From: Candidatus Levyibacteriota bacterium
Lineage (GTDB): Bacteria; Patescibacteriota; Microgenomatia; Levybacterales; UBA12049
Assembly: GCA_027459745.1 (NCBI GenBank)
Contig: DAIDHL010000006.1
Coordinates: forward strand, 19,578 to 83,577
Direction of reading: 5' to 3'
Length of the DNA stretch: 64,000 nucleotides
Shown: one piece after another, positions 19,795-30,618 of the stretch
Layout of the letters: every line of letters starts with the position of its first letter
Numbering within the stretch: position 1 is the first letter of the stretch
Notes under the pieces: model-generated
The model's input: only the letters and a program-made list of their open reading frames with translations
Databases searched by the model: none
Told to the model about the DNA's origin: nothing
Program-made: the position numbers and the translations under genes

Positions 19795-22029
19795 CTATTC
19801 AAATACAACTCTTTTTTCAATTTCATTCCAGACGGCCAGAAGTTTTGTCTTATTACGAGTAACTTTCATTAATAAAAATAATACAACTGATAATAATAAG
19901 TAGCCTAATAAATATGAGTCATTGCGGGTAGAGTTATTAATGGTCGATTTACCCAAAACTAAGGTTTGCAAGGCTTTATGCTTTGTTGGTGTTATAGTAG
20001 GATCGTTGTTAGTATAAGCTGAAGCAAGATTTGTACCTCCATAGATAACAAAACTTGTATCAGCGGTTGTGGTGACTGGTGTATCACTATTACCAGTTGT
20101 CCCTGTAAGTTCAGCATGCAAAGTATAGGTACCAGGTTGGGCGTTGGCAGAAAGCTGTAGTCCCGTAGTCAATTTAAAACCCTTACCAGCAGGAATATCT
20201 CCAATAGAATACGAAGGGTCTCCTAGATCAACTCCGTTATGTATCAAATGTACAGTCAAGTTACTGCCGTAAACTTTACCCGTTCCGATATTCTTGCCAG
20301 TCAAGAAAACTGTCAAAGTATCTCCAGGTAAAATATATGCTCCTGTATTGGAAGATTCTTGCAGTGAAAGAGCTCCGCCATCTTCTTTATTATTACTATT
20401 GTTTGTGGCCGTTGACACATCAGTGGCAATGCTATTGTCCTGCTTGGTAGGAGTGGGAGTAACAAACTCACTTAATCCTCCAATATTTCCTTTCCAATTA
20501 GTAAAAATGTTAATAAAGCCAAAGAATCCCCAAGAGTTAATGATATTGGTATTGACTAGATTGATAAGAGAAACAGCAGAGAAAGCATTACCGGTATGGA
20601 TAGATCCTGAGCCGGAGTTAATTGTATTACCTCCGCTATTGGCATTTGAGGTAATATTATTATTTACTACCGCATAGTTATTAACTGTCGCGCCGGAGTC
20701 ATAGGCAGTGGCTGTTTGATTGGAGCTAAGATCAGTCAACACCAAACTGTTACCACCATTTTGTGCGTTTAATCCATTCCAGCCTAAGAAATTACCATTC
20801 CAGTTGCCTAAAATAGTTATATATACTCCACCAAAATCTACCCCATAAATATTTGTATTTACCAGATTCAACTCGTTAACAGCAGAGCCTGCGTTTCCAG
20901 TCGTCAATGTACTGCTCGCTGTTGCGTCATTGGATGTTAATGAATTACCACCTGTATTGGTGTTCGTTTCAATATTGTTGTTAACTTCTGCCGTGTTATT
21001 GATATTGGTACTTACTCCACAACTTGGACAGTTGGCTGGATTTGAATTAGCTGGTGAGATATCTTCAGGTAAGATGATATTCCCATTTAAATTTCCAAAT
21101 ACATTGATAGTAACGATGTGAACAACAGAATTAATGACAGTCAAATTTACTCTGTTAAGCAACGAAACTAATGAGCAGGCTGCCCCAGTAGAGATAGAAG
21201 CTGAGCCATCAGTATTGACCTGATTGTTGCCTGTATCAGCAGTTGAAACAATGACATTATTTAAATATGTATAATTATTTGCACTGGTCATAGCTACGTT
21301 GATTTGAGGGTCAGATGGATGTTGAGATATTAAATCTCCTGTAAAAGTAGCAGGATCTGAAAGGTTTAGGTCACCATTGTAGTCGACAAAAATATTGATG
21401 GTTTGGGTAATGACTTGGGAGTTTACTTCATTGGTATTCACAGTATTAGAACTATCCACTTTGGAAGTGGCATCACCAGTAGAAATACTAGAACTAGATT
21501 TTGAACTACTGTTGTTGGATGAAGAATTATTTGATCCATCGTTGCCGTTTGAGTTATTGTTGTTACCGGTGCTGCTACTTTGGGTTTGTTGAGTAGTCGG
21601 GGTAGCAGAGTCAGTCGCACTGATAGTATTGTCTCCTGTTGTGGCTGAACTTGAAGCAACGTTATTAACGTTTGCACCGTTATTTATACTCGTATCAGTT
21701 GGAGTTGGTGTAACTGATACCAGAGAACTGGCTTGTGGACTTACACTAGGTGTAGTTGCATCACTAGGAGTAGGAGTATCGGTTGTGGTGGGAGTAATTG
21801 TGGTATTTGGGTCATTAGTCGGACTGGGTGTATCTGTAGTCGAGGGCGTTGGACTGTCCGTAGTAACCGCTGCATTCGTCGGTGTAGTTTGGGTTTGAGT
21901 GACTGTGGGACTATCCGATGGTGTAGGTGTATCTGCCAATGCCCTTATTGGAGTCGAATAAGAGATGACAATAATTACAATTGATAATAATGATAATAAT
22001 TTTTTAAATTTTTCGTTAATTAAAAACAT
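19795..22029 (-). CDS. large exported N/T/S-rich repeat protein with Ig-like domain and C-terminal TM anchor
   Basis: Signal peptide, T/P-rich stalk, four TGxN...TG(N/D/A)A...VNTN-type repeats, PGDT...PGTY Ig-like segment, C-terminal TM. Confidence 0.75.
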   Translation of the reverse strand: MFLINEKFKKLLSLLSIVIIVISYSTPIRALADTPTPSDSPTVTQTQTTPTNAAVTTDSPTPSTTDTPSPTNDPNTTITPTTTDTPTPSDATTPSVSPQASSLVSVTPTPTDTSINNGANVNNVASSSATTGDNTISATDSATPTTQQTQSSSTGNNNNSNGNDGSNNSSSNNSSSKSSSSISTGDATSKVDSSNTVNTNEVNSQVITQTINIFVDYNGDLNLSDPATFTGDLISQHPSDPQINVAMTSANNYTYLNNVIVSTADTGNNQVNTDGSASISTGAACSLVSLLNRVNLTVINSVVHIVTINVFGNLNGNIILPEDISPANSNPANCPSCGVSTNINNTAEVNNNIETNTNTGGNSLTSNDATASSTLTTGNAGSAVNELNLVNTNIYGVDFGGVYITILGNWNGNFLGWNGLNAQNGGNSLVLTDLSSNQTATAYDSGATVNNYAVVNNNITSNANSGGNTINSGSGSIHTGNAFSAVSLINLVNTNIINSWGFFGFINIFTNWKGNIGGLSEFVTPTPTKQDNSIATDVSTATNNSNNKEDGGALSLQESSNTGAYILPGDTLTVFLTGKNIGTGKVYGSNLTVHLIHNGVDLGDPSYSIGDIPAGKGFKLTTGLQLSANAQPGTYTLHAELTGTTGNSDTPVTTTADTSFVIYGGTNLASAYTNNDPTITPTKHKALQTLVLGKSTINNSTRNDSYLLGYLLLSVVLFLLMKVTRNKTKLLAVWNEIEKRVVFE

Positions 22030-22078
22030 TAAAACTTCTTTCTGGGCAATTTTTTGTTATAAAATATATTTATTCCTC

Positions 22079-22110
22079 CTGGGGGAAGAGCAGAAAGCTT
22101 TTCCCCCCAG
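22079..22110 (-). terminator. strong intergenic stem-loop between the small and large repeat-protein genes
   Basis: CTGGGGGAAGAGC-AGAAA-GCTTTTCCCCCCAG. Confidence 0.6.
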
Positions 22111-22149
22111 GTCCAAACTTCAATGAAGATCATTCAATCTCAGCTGAGA

Positions 22150-22584
22150 TTAACGTCCCCATGAGAAATTTGTATTTACAACTGTATAAACTCCAGTTGA
22201 GGAGTTAGCGTTACCAGTTTTAACGGAATTTGATCCTTTTTCACTTCCTTGGAAGGACAAATTCTGTCCGGTAACATTATTTGAAGTAACATGATTGCCA
22301 ACTAAAGCACCGTTAACACTATTTGTGTTACCGACGTTGGTGTTAGCAACTGTTACGACAGTGGTGTCAGATTTAGCATTACCTGTGGTAACAGAATTGT
22401 TACTATTTTTTCCACCACTAAATTGCATACTAGCATTTTGGCCAGTTACGTTATTTGAAGTAACGTAATTAGATACACCGGCAAAATTCATTGATCCCAT
22501 ATCCCAGCCACGGTCTTTAGCTAAGGCTGGTGTGGCAGCCATGACTAAAGCGGCTGCTGCTCCTACGATTGCGTATTTGTTCAT
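22150..22584 (-). CDS. small secreted N/T/V/S-rich protein made of two imperfect repeats
   Basis: Signal peptide ending ALA; VTSNNVTGQN...TGNAxS...VxNTN twice; strong RBS AAAGGGGGTGA. Confidence 0.8.
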   Translation of the reverse strand: MNKYAIVGAAAALVMAATPALAKDRGWDMGSMNFAGVSNYVTSNNVTGQNASMQFSGGKNSNNSVTTGNAKSDTTVVTVANTNVGNTNSVNGALVGNHVTSNNVTGQNLSFQGSEKGSNSVKTGNANSSTGVYTVVNTNFSWGR

Positions 22585-22879
22585 TTATTTATTCACCCCC
22601 TTTCTTTAAAAAATAAAAAATCCAATCACTTATATCGATTGCTCGAAATAATAGATTGGATTACCAATGAAGAATAATTATGACTGAATGTTTTTGATTT
22701 TTGCATGCAAAAATTGAGTATCATACTAAAAATAGTACAATAAAATTAATCTCTTGCAAGTTTGGGCAAAAACTTCAATGTGTGAATCAAGATATTTTGC
22801 AGTTATAGAAACAAATTTCTGCAAACGCCTGAAATGTCTTGATTAAGCTGAGTATATGCCGGGGTATTTTGTTTGTCAA
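22585..22879 (-). promoter_or_regulatory. promoter and ~260-nt structured 5' leader
   Basis: Minus-strand TTGACA (22879-22874)-N17-TATACT (22856-22851); hairpin 22785-22844; terminator-like AATCCAATC/GATTGGATT (22619-22662) with U-tract. Confidence 0.55.
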
Positions 22880-23036
22880 TATATCAGAAGAGCTTTATTG
22901 CTATTTTCTTACAATATTTTAAAAAGCAGGCGTGAGAGTTTATAGGTGACAAATAAACAAAAAAATTCCCAAATAAAAATGATTGATTAAAACCATCATA
23001 TCTTATTTGAGAATAATTTTAGAGTTTAGATTAAAC

Positions 23037-23195
23037 TTAGGCTGCATAGTGCATCCAAAGAACATAACCCAAAACAACTGCTACCAAAATTAACACTCCG
23101 TAACCAACATAGTGGTTCACAGTATCATCTAGTGAATTTGGTACCAAAGATGTCTTTTTATGACTAACTTTTTTCACTGCTTTCTTTTTTGCCAT
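23037..23195 (-). CDS. small single-TM protein
   Basis: RBS AGGAG before ATG 23195 (MAKKK...); C-terminal hydrophobic helix. Confidence 0.6.
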   Translation of the reverse strand: MAKKKAVKKVSHKKTSLVPNSLDDTVNHYVGYGVLILVAVVLGYVLWMHYAA

Positions 23196-23329
23196 ATGTC
23201 TCCTTTCTCTACCCTTTTGGATAAATAAATACAATTTTAAAACGGGCAGTGTTTTAAACTCTAATTTCATTTTGCGATAAATTTGCAGAGGTTGTCAATA
23301 TAACAAAGGATATCGGAGTATAATTTTGC

Positions 23330-26300
23330 TTAGCTTTTAAGGCTTAAGACAATAGAGTTGTCATTGCGAAACCAGTAATAGTAAACTACTGGGATAAAAA
23401 ATAACATGATTGTTCCGGAAAAAGCTAAACCTGCAATTATGGCTCCTCCTAATCCTTGCCATAAAGGATCAGACAGTGTGATGGGTATTAAACCGACGAT
23501 AGTAGCAAAAGAAGTTAAAGCGATAGGTTCCAGTCTGCTGGAAGCAGCATCTGAGACTGCTTCTATATGATTCATGCCAATGCGATAATTCTGGTTAATT
23601 TTGTCTACAATAAGAATGGAATTTTTAACTACTATACCAAACAAAGCCAAAACTCCAATCAGTGCAGGGAAAGACAAAGGAGTATGAGTTATAGCAAAGA
23701 TAATAAACACTCCCGCAATAGACAATGGAATGACCAACATAACAATTAAGGCTTTACGGAAGGAACCGAACTGTACAACCATCGTGATAATAATGAGTAA
23801 AAAGGATAACAACATAGCTTCTAAAATTGAAGTAACTGAATCTTGATTAGTTTGATTAACCCCGCCTGTTGACCAAGAATAACCTGTTGGTAAATCCAAG
23901 CCATTATTGGCATAATCCGACAATTTCTGATTGGCTTCACTAACAGAGTATCCTGCCTGCACTGAAGCTGTGACTGAAATTGTTCGTTGCCCACCTTCTC
24001 GAGTAATTAACGTAGGATTAGTTTGCAAAGTTAAATGACCCAGTGAGAGTAAAGGTACATCCCCTTTTGAAGTTGGAATATTTATACTACTAATTTGGTC
24101 CACGAACTCTTCATTATTCGTCATGCGAAGAGTAATATCCATTGTATTGTTCCCTCCCACATCAGAGAGACGGATATCATTGGCTTTCATACCGCTGGAA
24201 AACAAACGGATCCACATACCCAGCTGATCAATGGTCAAATTATAGTTTGCCATCTTAGCCTGATCTGGAACAAAAACAATTTTACTGGTGCCTGGCTTAA
24301 TTGATTTATCAATATTAGTTAAACCCGGCTGTTTATGAAGAAATGACTCAACTTTGTTAGCATACGCATCTAAAACAGTTAAGTCATCCCCAAATAATTT
24401 AATCTGCACATCAGCTCCCGCAGGGGGACCACTGCTTTCTTCTACCACTTGTAAGGTTCCAGCTGTATAGTGAGCGAACTTATCACGCATTTGTTGAGCT
24501 AATTGTATTGATCCTATTTTCCTTTCTGATTTGGGAGGTAGAACTAATGAAAAAGAGGCGTAATTACTCCCAGACCCTCCGCCACCAAAGCCTCCACTGG
24601 CTTGTGTGCCCACGTCCAGAGTGACATATTCAAGACCTTTAGTTTGCTTAAGCTGGTTTAATATTTTTAATGCCTCTTTGGTAGTTGTTTGCTGGTTTGT
24701 ACCGGCTGGCATTTCCAGGTTCATAAAGAAAGCATCCTGATCAGTGTTAGGAAAAAACTCATTGCGTACAAAACCAAGAGGTAAAAGAATATACGAAAAC
24801 AGAGAGAAGATAATAACCATAATTAAAATTCTTTTTCTCAATTTGGCCGAGGCTAAAATATCATGCATCAGTCCTTTATATCGCTCAGATATTTCATCAA
24901 TGCGGAAAACACCATGGTTGAAATATTCAGGCAGACGAGAGACAAACTTATGATCCTTAAGGCGTTTTTTGATCGCCAGTTTAGATTTTACGAAGATGAG
25001 TGTCCAGGTAAGATAAGCAACTAATAAAAAAGCAACCAACGCTATAAACTCAAATATAAATATTTTTCCTTTGGGGAGTATGGAGAATAATATAAGAACC
25101 ACTATTACTGTGGCTATGATCTTGGTGGCCATTTTCACCCGGTTTGGTATGTCGGGCTTGAATATTATTATTAATAAAGGGAGAGTAATAAAAATAGCTA
25201 CTAAATAAGAACCAAGTAAAGTAGATGAAACTACAATTGGAATAGCCTTAATAAAATCACCAATAATTCCTGTGGCCAATAATAATGGCAAAAAAGCCCA
25301 TACGGTTGTGATGGTAGTGGTAGTAATTGCCGAGAGAAAGTCTCTCCAAACCAGTAGCGCTGTTTGGTGGGGAGTGAATCTCCCAGTTCGATAATAGACC
25401 GACATAGCAGATATGACTACAATAGTGTCGTCAACCAACAGTCCCAAAGATAGCAATAAAGAAAAGATAGCAATAAAAGATAGGGGAATACCCGTAATAT
25501 TCATCATGATAAAGGTGAATAAAAAAGTTAAGGGAGTTGATAATAAAGCGATTATGGCCTGGCGTAATCCGACAAAAATAAACAAAGTGATAAAAACCAG
25601 TAAAACAGTAATTGAAAAATCACGATAAAGATCACTAAATTGCTGGTCAATCATCTCAGAAGTATTCATTTCACTGGTTACACTAAATTCATTGTTATAT
25701 TGTTTGACTGTGTCATTTACTACTTTCTGTACATCACCAACTGACTGATCAATACTGGCGGCGTCTGTCTTGTAAACATTAAAAGTCACTCCACGCCGGG
25801 GTGTTGAATTGCTTTGAGCAAAAAATGATTGATATTGGTTAGGTTGTGAGCGCTGATAAGCATTCGCTATGCTTGCTAGTGGTACTGGTTTGTTATTGAT
25901 GTTAAGCATCAAATTTCTCACAGTATCTACATTGGTAATTTCAGAATTGATAGTAAACGAAAATACAGATTTGTCTGTTTGAACCGTGCCGGCTGGATAG
26001 GAGCTGACGGCGCTATTTATAAGCTGGGAGATTTGAGCTGGGTTCAGACCATAAGTAGTAATCGCGGTAGGTTTAATTACCACTTGTATACCTTGGGTAT
26101 CTAGTCCGGAAGTACTTACTTTACTAACAGTTGAAACATTCTTGATGTTATTGCTTAGAATTTGGGCAAATCGACTCAGACTAGCATCATCTGTTTTAGT
26201 AGTTACAACAAATGTCCACACAGGAACATTTTGGAAGTCAACTTTCTGCACGCTAGACTTTTGAACAGCTGATGGTAAGCCTGACACATTGTTTACAGCT

Positions 26301-26686
26301 GACTGAACATCAGTCTGAGCTTTATCAGGGTCTACACCATCGTTAAATTGGACTTCAACTACAGATGAAGAGTCCTGTGAAGAAGAAGTGACTGTTTTTA
26401 CATTAGCTAATCCCATAACCGCATTTTCAACCGGGATGGTAACCAGTGATTCTACGTCTTGAGGGCCAGCACCAGGATAAACTGTAGAAATAATAACAAT
26501 AGGAATATTAATATTAGGATTAAGAACACGAGGAATACTCAGTAAACTAAAAATTCCACCTAATAAAAGTAGCAAAATTGTCATGACCACCAAACGAGGA
26601 TTGTTGTAGTATTTAGCTACTAACATTTTGTCCAATCGAGGATCAAATTTAAGTTGTGAAATGTAAGATGCTAGTTTTCTGGCCAT
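23330..26686 (-). CDS. RND efflux permease (AcrB/AcrD/AcrF family)
   Basis: YPGAGPQDVESLVT, GLLVDDTIVV, GIVVKNSILIVD, RLEPIALTS. Confidence 0.95.
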   Translation of the reverse strand: MARKLASYISQLKFDPRLDKMLVAKYYNNPRLVVMTILLLLLGGIFSLLSIPRVLNPNINIPIVIISTVYPGAGPQDVESLVTIPVENAVMGLANVKTVTSSSQDSSSVVEVQFNDGVDPDKAQTDVQSAVNNVSGLPSAVQKSSVQKVDFQNVPVWTFVVTTKTDDASLSRFAQILSNNIKNVSTVSKVSTSGLDTQGIQVVIKPTAITTYGLNPAQISQLINSAVSSYPAGTVQTDKSVFSFTINSEITNVDTVRNLMLNINNKPVPLASIANAYQRSQPNQYQSFFAQSNSTPRRGVTFNVYKTDAASIDQSVGDVQKVVNDTVKQYNNEFSVTSEMNTSEMIDQQFSDLYRDFSITVLLVFITLFIFVGLRQAIIALLSTPLTFLFTFIMMNITGIPLSFIAIFSLLLSLGLLVDDTIVVISAMSVYYRTGRFTPHQTALLVWRDFLSAITTTTITTVWAFLPLLLATGIIGDFIKAIPIVVSSTLLGSYLVAIFITLPLLIIIFKPDIPNRVKMATKIIATVIVVLILFSILPKGKIFIFEFIALVAFLLVAYLTWTLIFVKSKLAIKKRLKDHKFVSRLPEYFNHGVFRIDEISERYKGLMHDILASAKLRKRILIMVIIFSLFSYILLPLGFVRNEFFPNTDQDAFFMNLEMPAGTNQQTTTKEALKILNQLKQTKGLEYVTLDVGTQASGGFGGGGSGSNYASFSLVLPPKSERKIGSIQLAQQMRDKFAHYTAGTLQVVEESSGPPAGADVQIKLFGDDLTVLDAYANKVESFLHKQPGLTNIDKSIKPGTSKIVFVPDQAKMANYNLTIDQLGMWIRLFSSGMKANDIRLSDVGGNNTMDITLRMTNNEEFVDQISSINIPTSKGDVPLLSLGHLTLQTNPTLITREGGQRTISVTASVQAGYSVSEANQKLSDYANNGLDLPTGYSWSTGGVNQTNQDSVTSILEAMLLSFLLIIITMVVQFGSFRKALIVMLVIPLSIAGVFIIFAITHTPLSFPALIGVLALFGIVVKNSILIVDKINQNYRIGMNHIEAVSDAASSRLEPIALTSFATIVGLIPITLSDPLWQGLGGAIIAGLAFSGTIMLFFIPVVYYYWFRNDNSIVLSLKS

Positions 26687-26761
26687 ATTGTTACTAAGGA
26701 AGCATTAAGTTAAATTATTAATTTCTAATAAGACTTGCAGGATTACCAATTTATTAGATAC

Positions 26762-28201
26762 TCATTTACTCACGCTCACTCTGTCTCCATTGACAACATT
26801 GCGATTTAGGATGACAGTATCACCATCATTTAGTCCACTTTGAACGCTGACAAATCTGCCATAAACATCCCCTAACTGGACATTTACGCTTTGTGCTTTT
26901 CCATCCACAATTCTAAAAACATATGCGCTGTTTTCTGTTTGATATATAGCATCCAGAGGCACATAAGGATCAACCGAACTTGTATTGGGAATACCAATCG
27001 GTACATCAACTGTAATGTAGGAGGAATTGCTTAAATAATACGACGAGCTGGCAGGCAATACATACATTACGCTATATAGATTGCCGTCAGTTGCATCACG
27101 GGAAATGTAGTCAGGGGTTTGTTTTAGAGTTTGGTTATTTACATGAATAATCGAAGGTTGGACTCGTGAGATGGTAGAGGCAAGGTTAGATGGTACCTGA
27201 ACAATGGCTTTGACTGATTGTTCATTGCACGATATAGAAGCTAAAGGCGTACCTGAATTCACCTGTTGTCCAAAGGTAACATATATTTTATCAACTACTC
27301 CACTACAAGGAGAAGCCGGATACATCAATGATTGATTTACATATGCTAATTGAAGTTGCAATTCGCTAATTTCTTTATTTATATCCAATGTTTTGGCTTG
27401 AATATCTAATTGTTTTAAAGTAATGTCACGTTGATTATATTGTAGCTGAGAGTATGGTTGATTAGCATCTGCCTGGTAGGCTAGTTGTCTTTGCTGGCTA
27501 TTGAGTTGATTAATAGTTCCCTGGTATTGTGCCTGTAGTTGCTGTGTCTGTAAGATAGCAGCGGAGTTTGTGGCATCATATGTCTGTAGATTTTGCAGGT
27601 TTTGATTAATAGTATTAAGAATTGATTGATTCTGATTAATTAAGTTAGCAGATTCAGTGGCTGAATCAGCTGCTAAAGTACGGAGTTGATCATTGTTGGA
27701 CTGGGTATTATTGGCCAGATCAACCTGCTTGGCTATTAGATCTTTTTGTTCTTGGTAAGTATCCTGGGTAATTTCATTCTGTTTTTGGGCAATTTGAGTT
27801 TGAATATCAGCTGAGCTTCCTCCCTGATAATTTGAGGACAAATAGATTAGATTGGTGCCTTTGCTTACTGATTGGCCTTCGGTTACATTAATTGTTTGTA
27901 CAATACCATTTGCCTGAGCGTTGATAGATACGACGCCTGATTTTTGAATTTGTCCCTGTAACTGTTCCAATGGCGCAGCGCCAATTTGATAGGTTTGTAC
28001 CTGTATAAGAGGGGTGTTCTGTTGAGTAACTTTTGCTGGTGTGGTGAGAATATCGCCTATAAAAATAAGCAAAAACAAGACAAAAAGTGTTAAAAAGAAA
28101 GCACGAAAAGGATACTTTTTGATTAGTCTCGATGTTTTTCTGTATGGCAATTTTTTTACCCATGAAAAACCTCTTTTTTGTAACTGGCTGAAAAATGGCA
28201 T
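26762..28201 (-). CDS. RND periplasmic adaptor (membrane fusion protein)
   Basis: TM anchor, lipoyl halves (GIVQTINVTEGQSVSKG / SPCSGVV), long Q-rich coiled coil, SGLNDGDTVI. Confidence 0.9.
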   Translation of the reverse strand: MPFFSQLQKRGFSWVKKLPYRKTSRLIKKYPFRAFFLTLFVLFLLIFIGDILTTPAKVTQQNTPLIQVQTYQIGAAPLEQLQGQIQKSGVVSINAQANGIVQTINVTEGQSVSKGTNLIYLSSNYQGGSSADIQTQIAQKQNEITQDTYQEQKDLIAKQVDLANNTQSNNDQLRTLAADSATESANLINQNQSILNTINQNLQNLQTYDATNSAAILQTQQLQAQYQGTINQLNSQQRQLAYQADANQPYSQLQYNQRDITLKQLDIQAKTLDINKEISELQLQLAYVNQSLMYPASPCSGVVDKIYVTFGQQVNSGTPLASISCNEQSVKAIVQVPSNLASTISRVQPSIIHVNNQTLKQTPDYISRDATDGNLYSVMYVLPASSSYYLSNSSYITVDVPIGIPNTSSVDPYVPLDAIYQTENSAYVFRIVDGKAQSVNVQLGDVYGRFVSVQSGLNDGDTVILNRNVVNGDRVSVSK

Positions 28202-28281
28202 ATATTAAGAGGCAGGAAAAAGGCAGAGTCTATACCTAAGATATTAACACATGCTCTAGGTTAATAGCAAACATGTTTGAG

Positions 28282-29151
28282 TTAATTTTTAATATCCAAT
28301 TTAGCATACAAACCAATATGATCTGAAAGATAACTTTCTTTTCCATTAAATAAGGTTATTTTCTCATCAAATAAATGCTTGGTCTCTTTGATGGCTACCT
28401 TATTACTCTGGTCAACTACAAAAATATAATCAACCCTGCCCGATTCTTTGGCATTAAAGACAAAAAATTTGTCAATAAACTTTACTCGCCATAGGAATTT
28501 TAAAGACTTTCTCCCTTTCAAATAAGTGGGAAGTGAAAAATTTTCAAAAATATCCTTAGCTTTATTTGTTTTGACGAATCTTTCATATTGTGCTGATGTT
28601 TTGAGAAAATTAAAATCACCTGCGATAATAGCCATTAAACCTTTATCTTTTATATTCTCAAGTGCTGTATTAATATCGGTAATTTGGGATTCTTGTATGG
28701 TTTTGAATATGCCTTCTGAATCCCAGGTTTTGTTGGGATTGGTGGTTAGATAGGTGTTAATTATAGCTAAGGGTAAGTCTTTAAAACGGCAAATAAGTAT
28801 GCCATTCATAATAAATTTGCCGTAAAAAGTGCTGTTTTTGAAAGTTCCTCGTTTAGAAAAACGATTAAAGCTTTCCAGCTCGAGGGGGAATTTAGAAAAA
28901 ACCACCAAACCACCTTGTGGACCATAAATAAATTTTTTATAACAAAGATAGGGAAACTCCTTATGTAAAAGCTTCTTTAGAATATGTAAGTGAACATAGG
29001 TATGCACTTCCTGGAAAGCAAGCACATTAGCATCTGTATTGTTTATGGTGTCCGCCAAGGCTACATATCGTTCACTTAGGTTGGTAGAAATTACCGGGAC
29101 GCCCAAAGTATTGAAACTGATTAGTGAAAGCTGAGTATTTGAATTTTGCAT
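28282..29151 (-). CDS. endonuclease/exonuclease/phosphatase (EEP) family protein
   Basis: SFNT, AFQEV, AGDFN, VDYIF, SDHIG. Confidence 0.88.
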   Translation of the reverse strand: MQNSNTQLSLISFNTLGVPVISTNLSERYVALADTINNTDANVLAFQEVHTYVHLHILKKLLHKEFPYLCYKKFIYGPQGGLVVFSKFPLELESFNRFSKRGTFKNSTFYGKFIMNGILICRFKDLPLAIINTYLTTNPNKTWDSEGIFKTIQESQITDINTALENIKDKGLMAIIAGDFNFLKTSAQYERFVKTNKAKDIFENFSLPTYLKGRKSLKFLWRVKFIDKFFVFNAKESGRVDYIFVVDQSNKVAIKETKHLFDEKITLFNGKESYLSDHIGLYAKLDIKN

Positions 29152-29219
29152 GAGTAAATTATAGCATGCTTCGATTGAGTCTACAGTAATTTTTTAAATT
29201 TACATGTTAAAATAAAATA

Positions 29220-30179
29220 ATGCGTCATTTTTTCTATATTTTATGTCTTGCTCTAACTGTGGCTATTTTTTCCGCCATAGTTTGGTACTTTTTGCCTGAA
29301 GGGAAATTAACCTTAAATAGATACATCTCCCCCCTACCTTCTTTTTTAACAATTACTCACAATGATCAGGTAAGAATGTTAGATTTGTGGCTGCCAGATC
29401 TGGAAAATAAGCAAGCTTCTGCTGCCGACAAATATACCGCTCAATCAATTCTAATGTATGATTTATCAGACAATAAGACATTGATGACCAAGAATATAAA
29501 TTTAAAATTACCTATGGCGTCTTTAACCAAGTTGATGACAGTTATAATTGCCTTAGAAAATCCCAAAGCAGATGATAGGTATATTGTTGCCCAGTCTGAT
29601 TTAGTTGGCGAAGATAGTATGGGTTTGAGCTCTGGTGAGGTTGTATCTTTAAATGATTTGTTAGAAGGTATTTTCTTAACTTCTGCCAATGATGCGGCAG
29701 AAACAATAGCCAGTAATTACCCTGGGGGCAGAAGCGCATTTATTATAGCCATGAATAAAAAAGCACAAGCCTTAGGCTTAACAGATACGAATTTTACTAA
29801 TCCTACTGGTCTGGAAGGAGACGGGAATCAATATACTACTGCTTATGATTTGCTAGTGATTAGTAAATATTTGTTACAAAATCATCCGCAGATTTTATCT
29901 ATTTCCTCTCAATCTTCTTACACAATTCCTGCTACCAGTGAACATAAGGAATTTGATTTAAACAATGAAGTTAATCTGATTACGTCTTATCCGGGGGTTG
30001 AGGGACTTAAGGATGGGTATACTCCTCAAGCAGGCTGGTGTTTAATTACCTATTTAAAATATGATAATCAGCAAATCTTGGGTATTATATTAAATAGTCA
30101 GGATAGGCGTGGGGAAATGAGAAAGTTATTAGACTACTCACTGGAAAAACTTAATATCACTCCCCCTCTTCATGGGTAA
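29220..30179 (+). CDS. D-alanyl-D-alanine carboxypeptidase (peptidase S11)
   Basis: MASLTKLMT (SxxK), SAND (SxN), FTNPTGL, GLKDG (KTG variant). Confidence 0.9.
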   Translation: MRHFFYILCLALTVAIFSAIVWYFLPEGKLTLNRYISPLPSFLTITHNDQVRMLDLWLPDLENKQASAADKYTAQSILMYDLSDNKTLMTKNINLKLPMASLTKLMTVIIALENPKADDRYIVAQSDLVGEDSMGLSSGEVVSLNDLLEGIFLTSANDAAETIASNYPGGRSAFIIAMNKKAQALGLTDTNFTNPTGLEGDGNQYTTAYDLLVISKYLLQNHPQILSISSQSSYTIPATSEHKEFDLNNEVNLITSYPGVEGLKDGYTPQAGWCLITYLKYDNQQILGIILNSQDRRGEMRKLLDYSLEKLNITPPLHG

Positions 30180-30276
30180 AAACTTGAAAAGTAGGAATAA
30201 TTATTTTCATATTTTAGTAAATATTATTAAGAGATTGCCCAAAGTAAGATTATGCGGTAAAATATGCAGTGTACAT

Positions 30277-30360
30277 GCCGCGGTGGTGGAATGGTAGACA
30301 CAAGGGCCTTAAGAGCCCTCGACTATAATGGTTGTGAGAGTTCGAGTCTCTCCCGCGGCA
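30277..30360 (+). tRNA. tRNA-Leu(TAA)
   Basis: GCCGCGG/CCGCGGC acceptor, AGGGC-CTTAAGA-GCCCT anticodon arm, long variable arm, GTTCGAGT T-loop. Confidence 0.95.
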
Positions 30361-30424
30361 CCCCACACATGTTCCTCAGCTACAAGCTCGTAATCGCTCA
30401 TAAATATTGCTATAATATGCCTAT

Positions 30425-30498
30425 CGGGGACTAGCTCAGTTGGCTAGAGCGCGCGGTTTGGGACCGTGAGGTCGAAGGTTCAAGTCCTTTGTCCCCGA
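30425..30498 (+). tRNA. tRNA-Pro(TGG)
   Basis: CGGGGAC/GTCCCCG acceptor, CGCGG-TTTGGGA-CCGTG anticodon arm, GGTTCAAGT. Confidence 0.95.
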
Positions 30499-30618
30499 CA
30501 CAATTTCAAAAAATCTTAGCATCAAGAGATGTACTAAGATTTAAAATTATTTATCAAATACAAAATATAAGGTATAAAATTTCGTGGGAGATAAATTAAA
30601 AAAATTTGAAATTACAAT

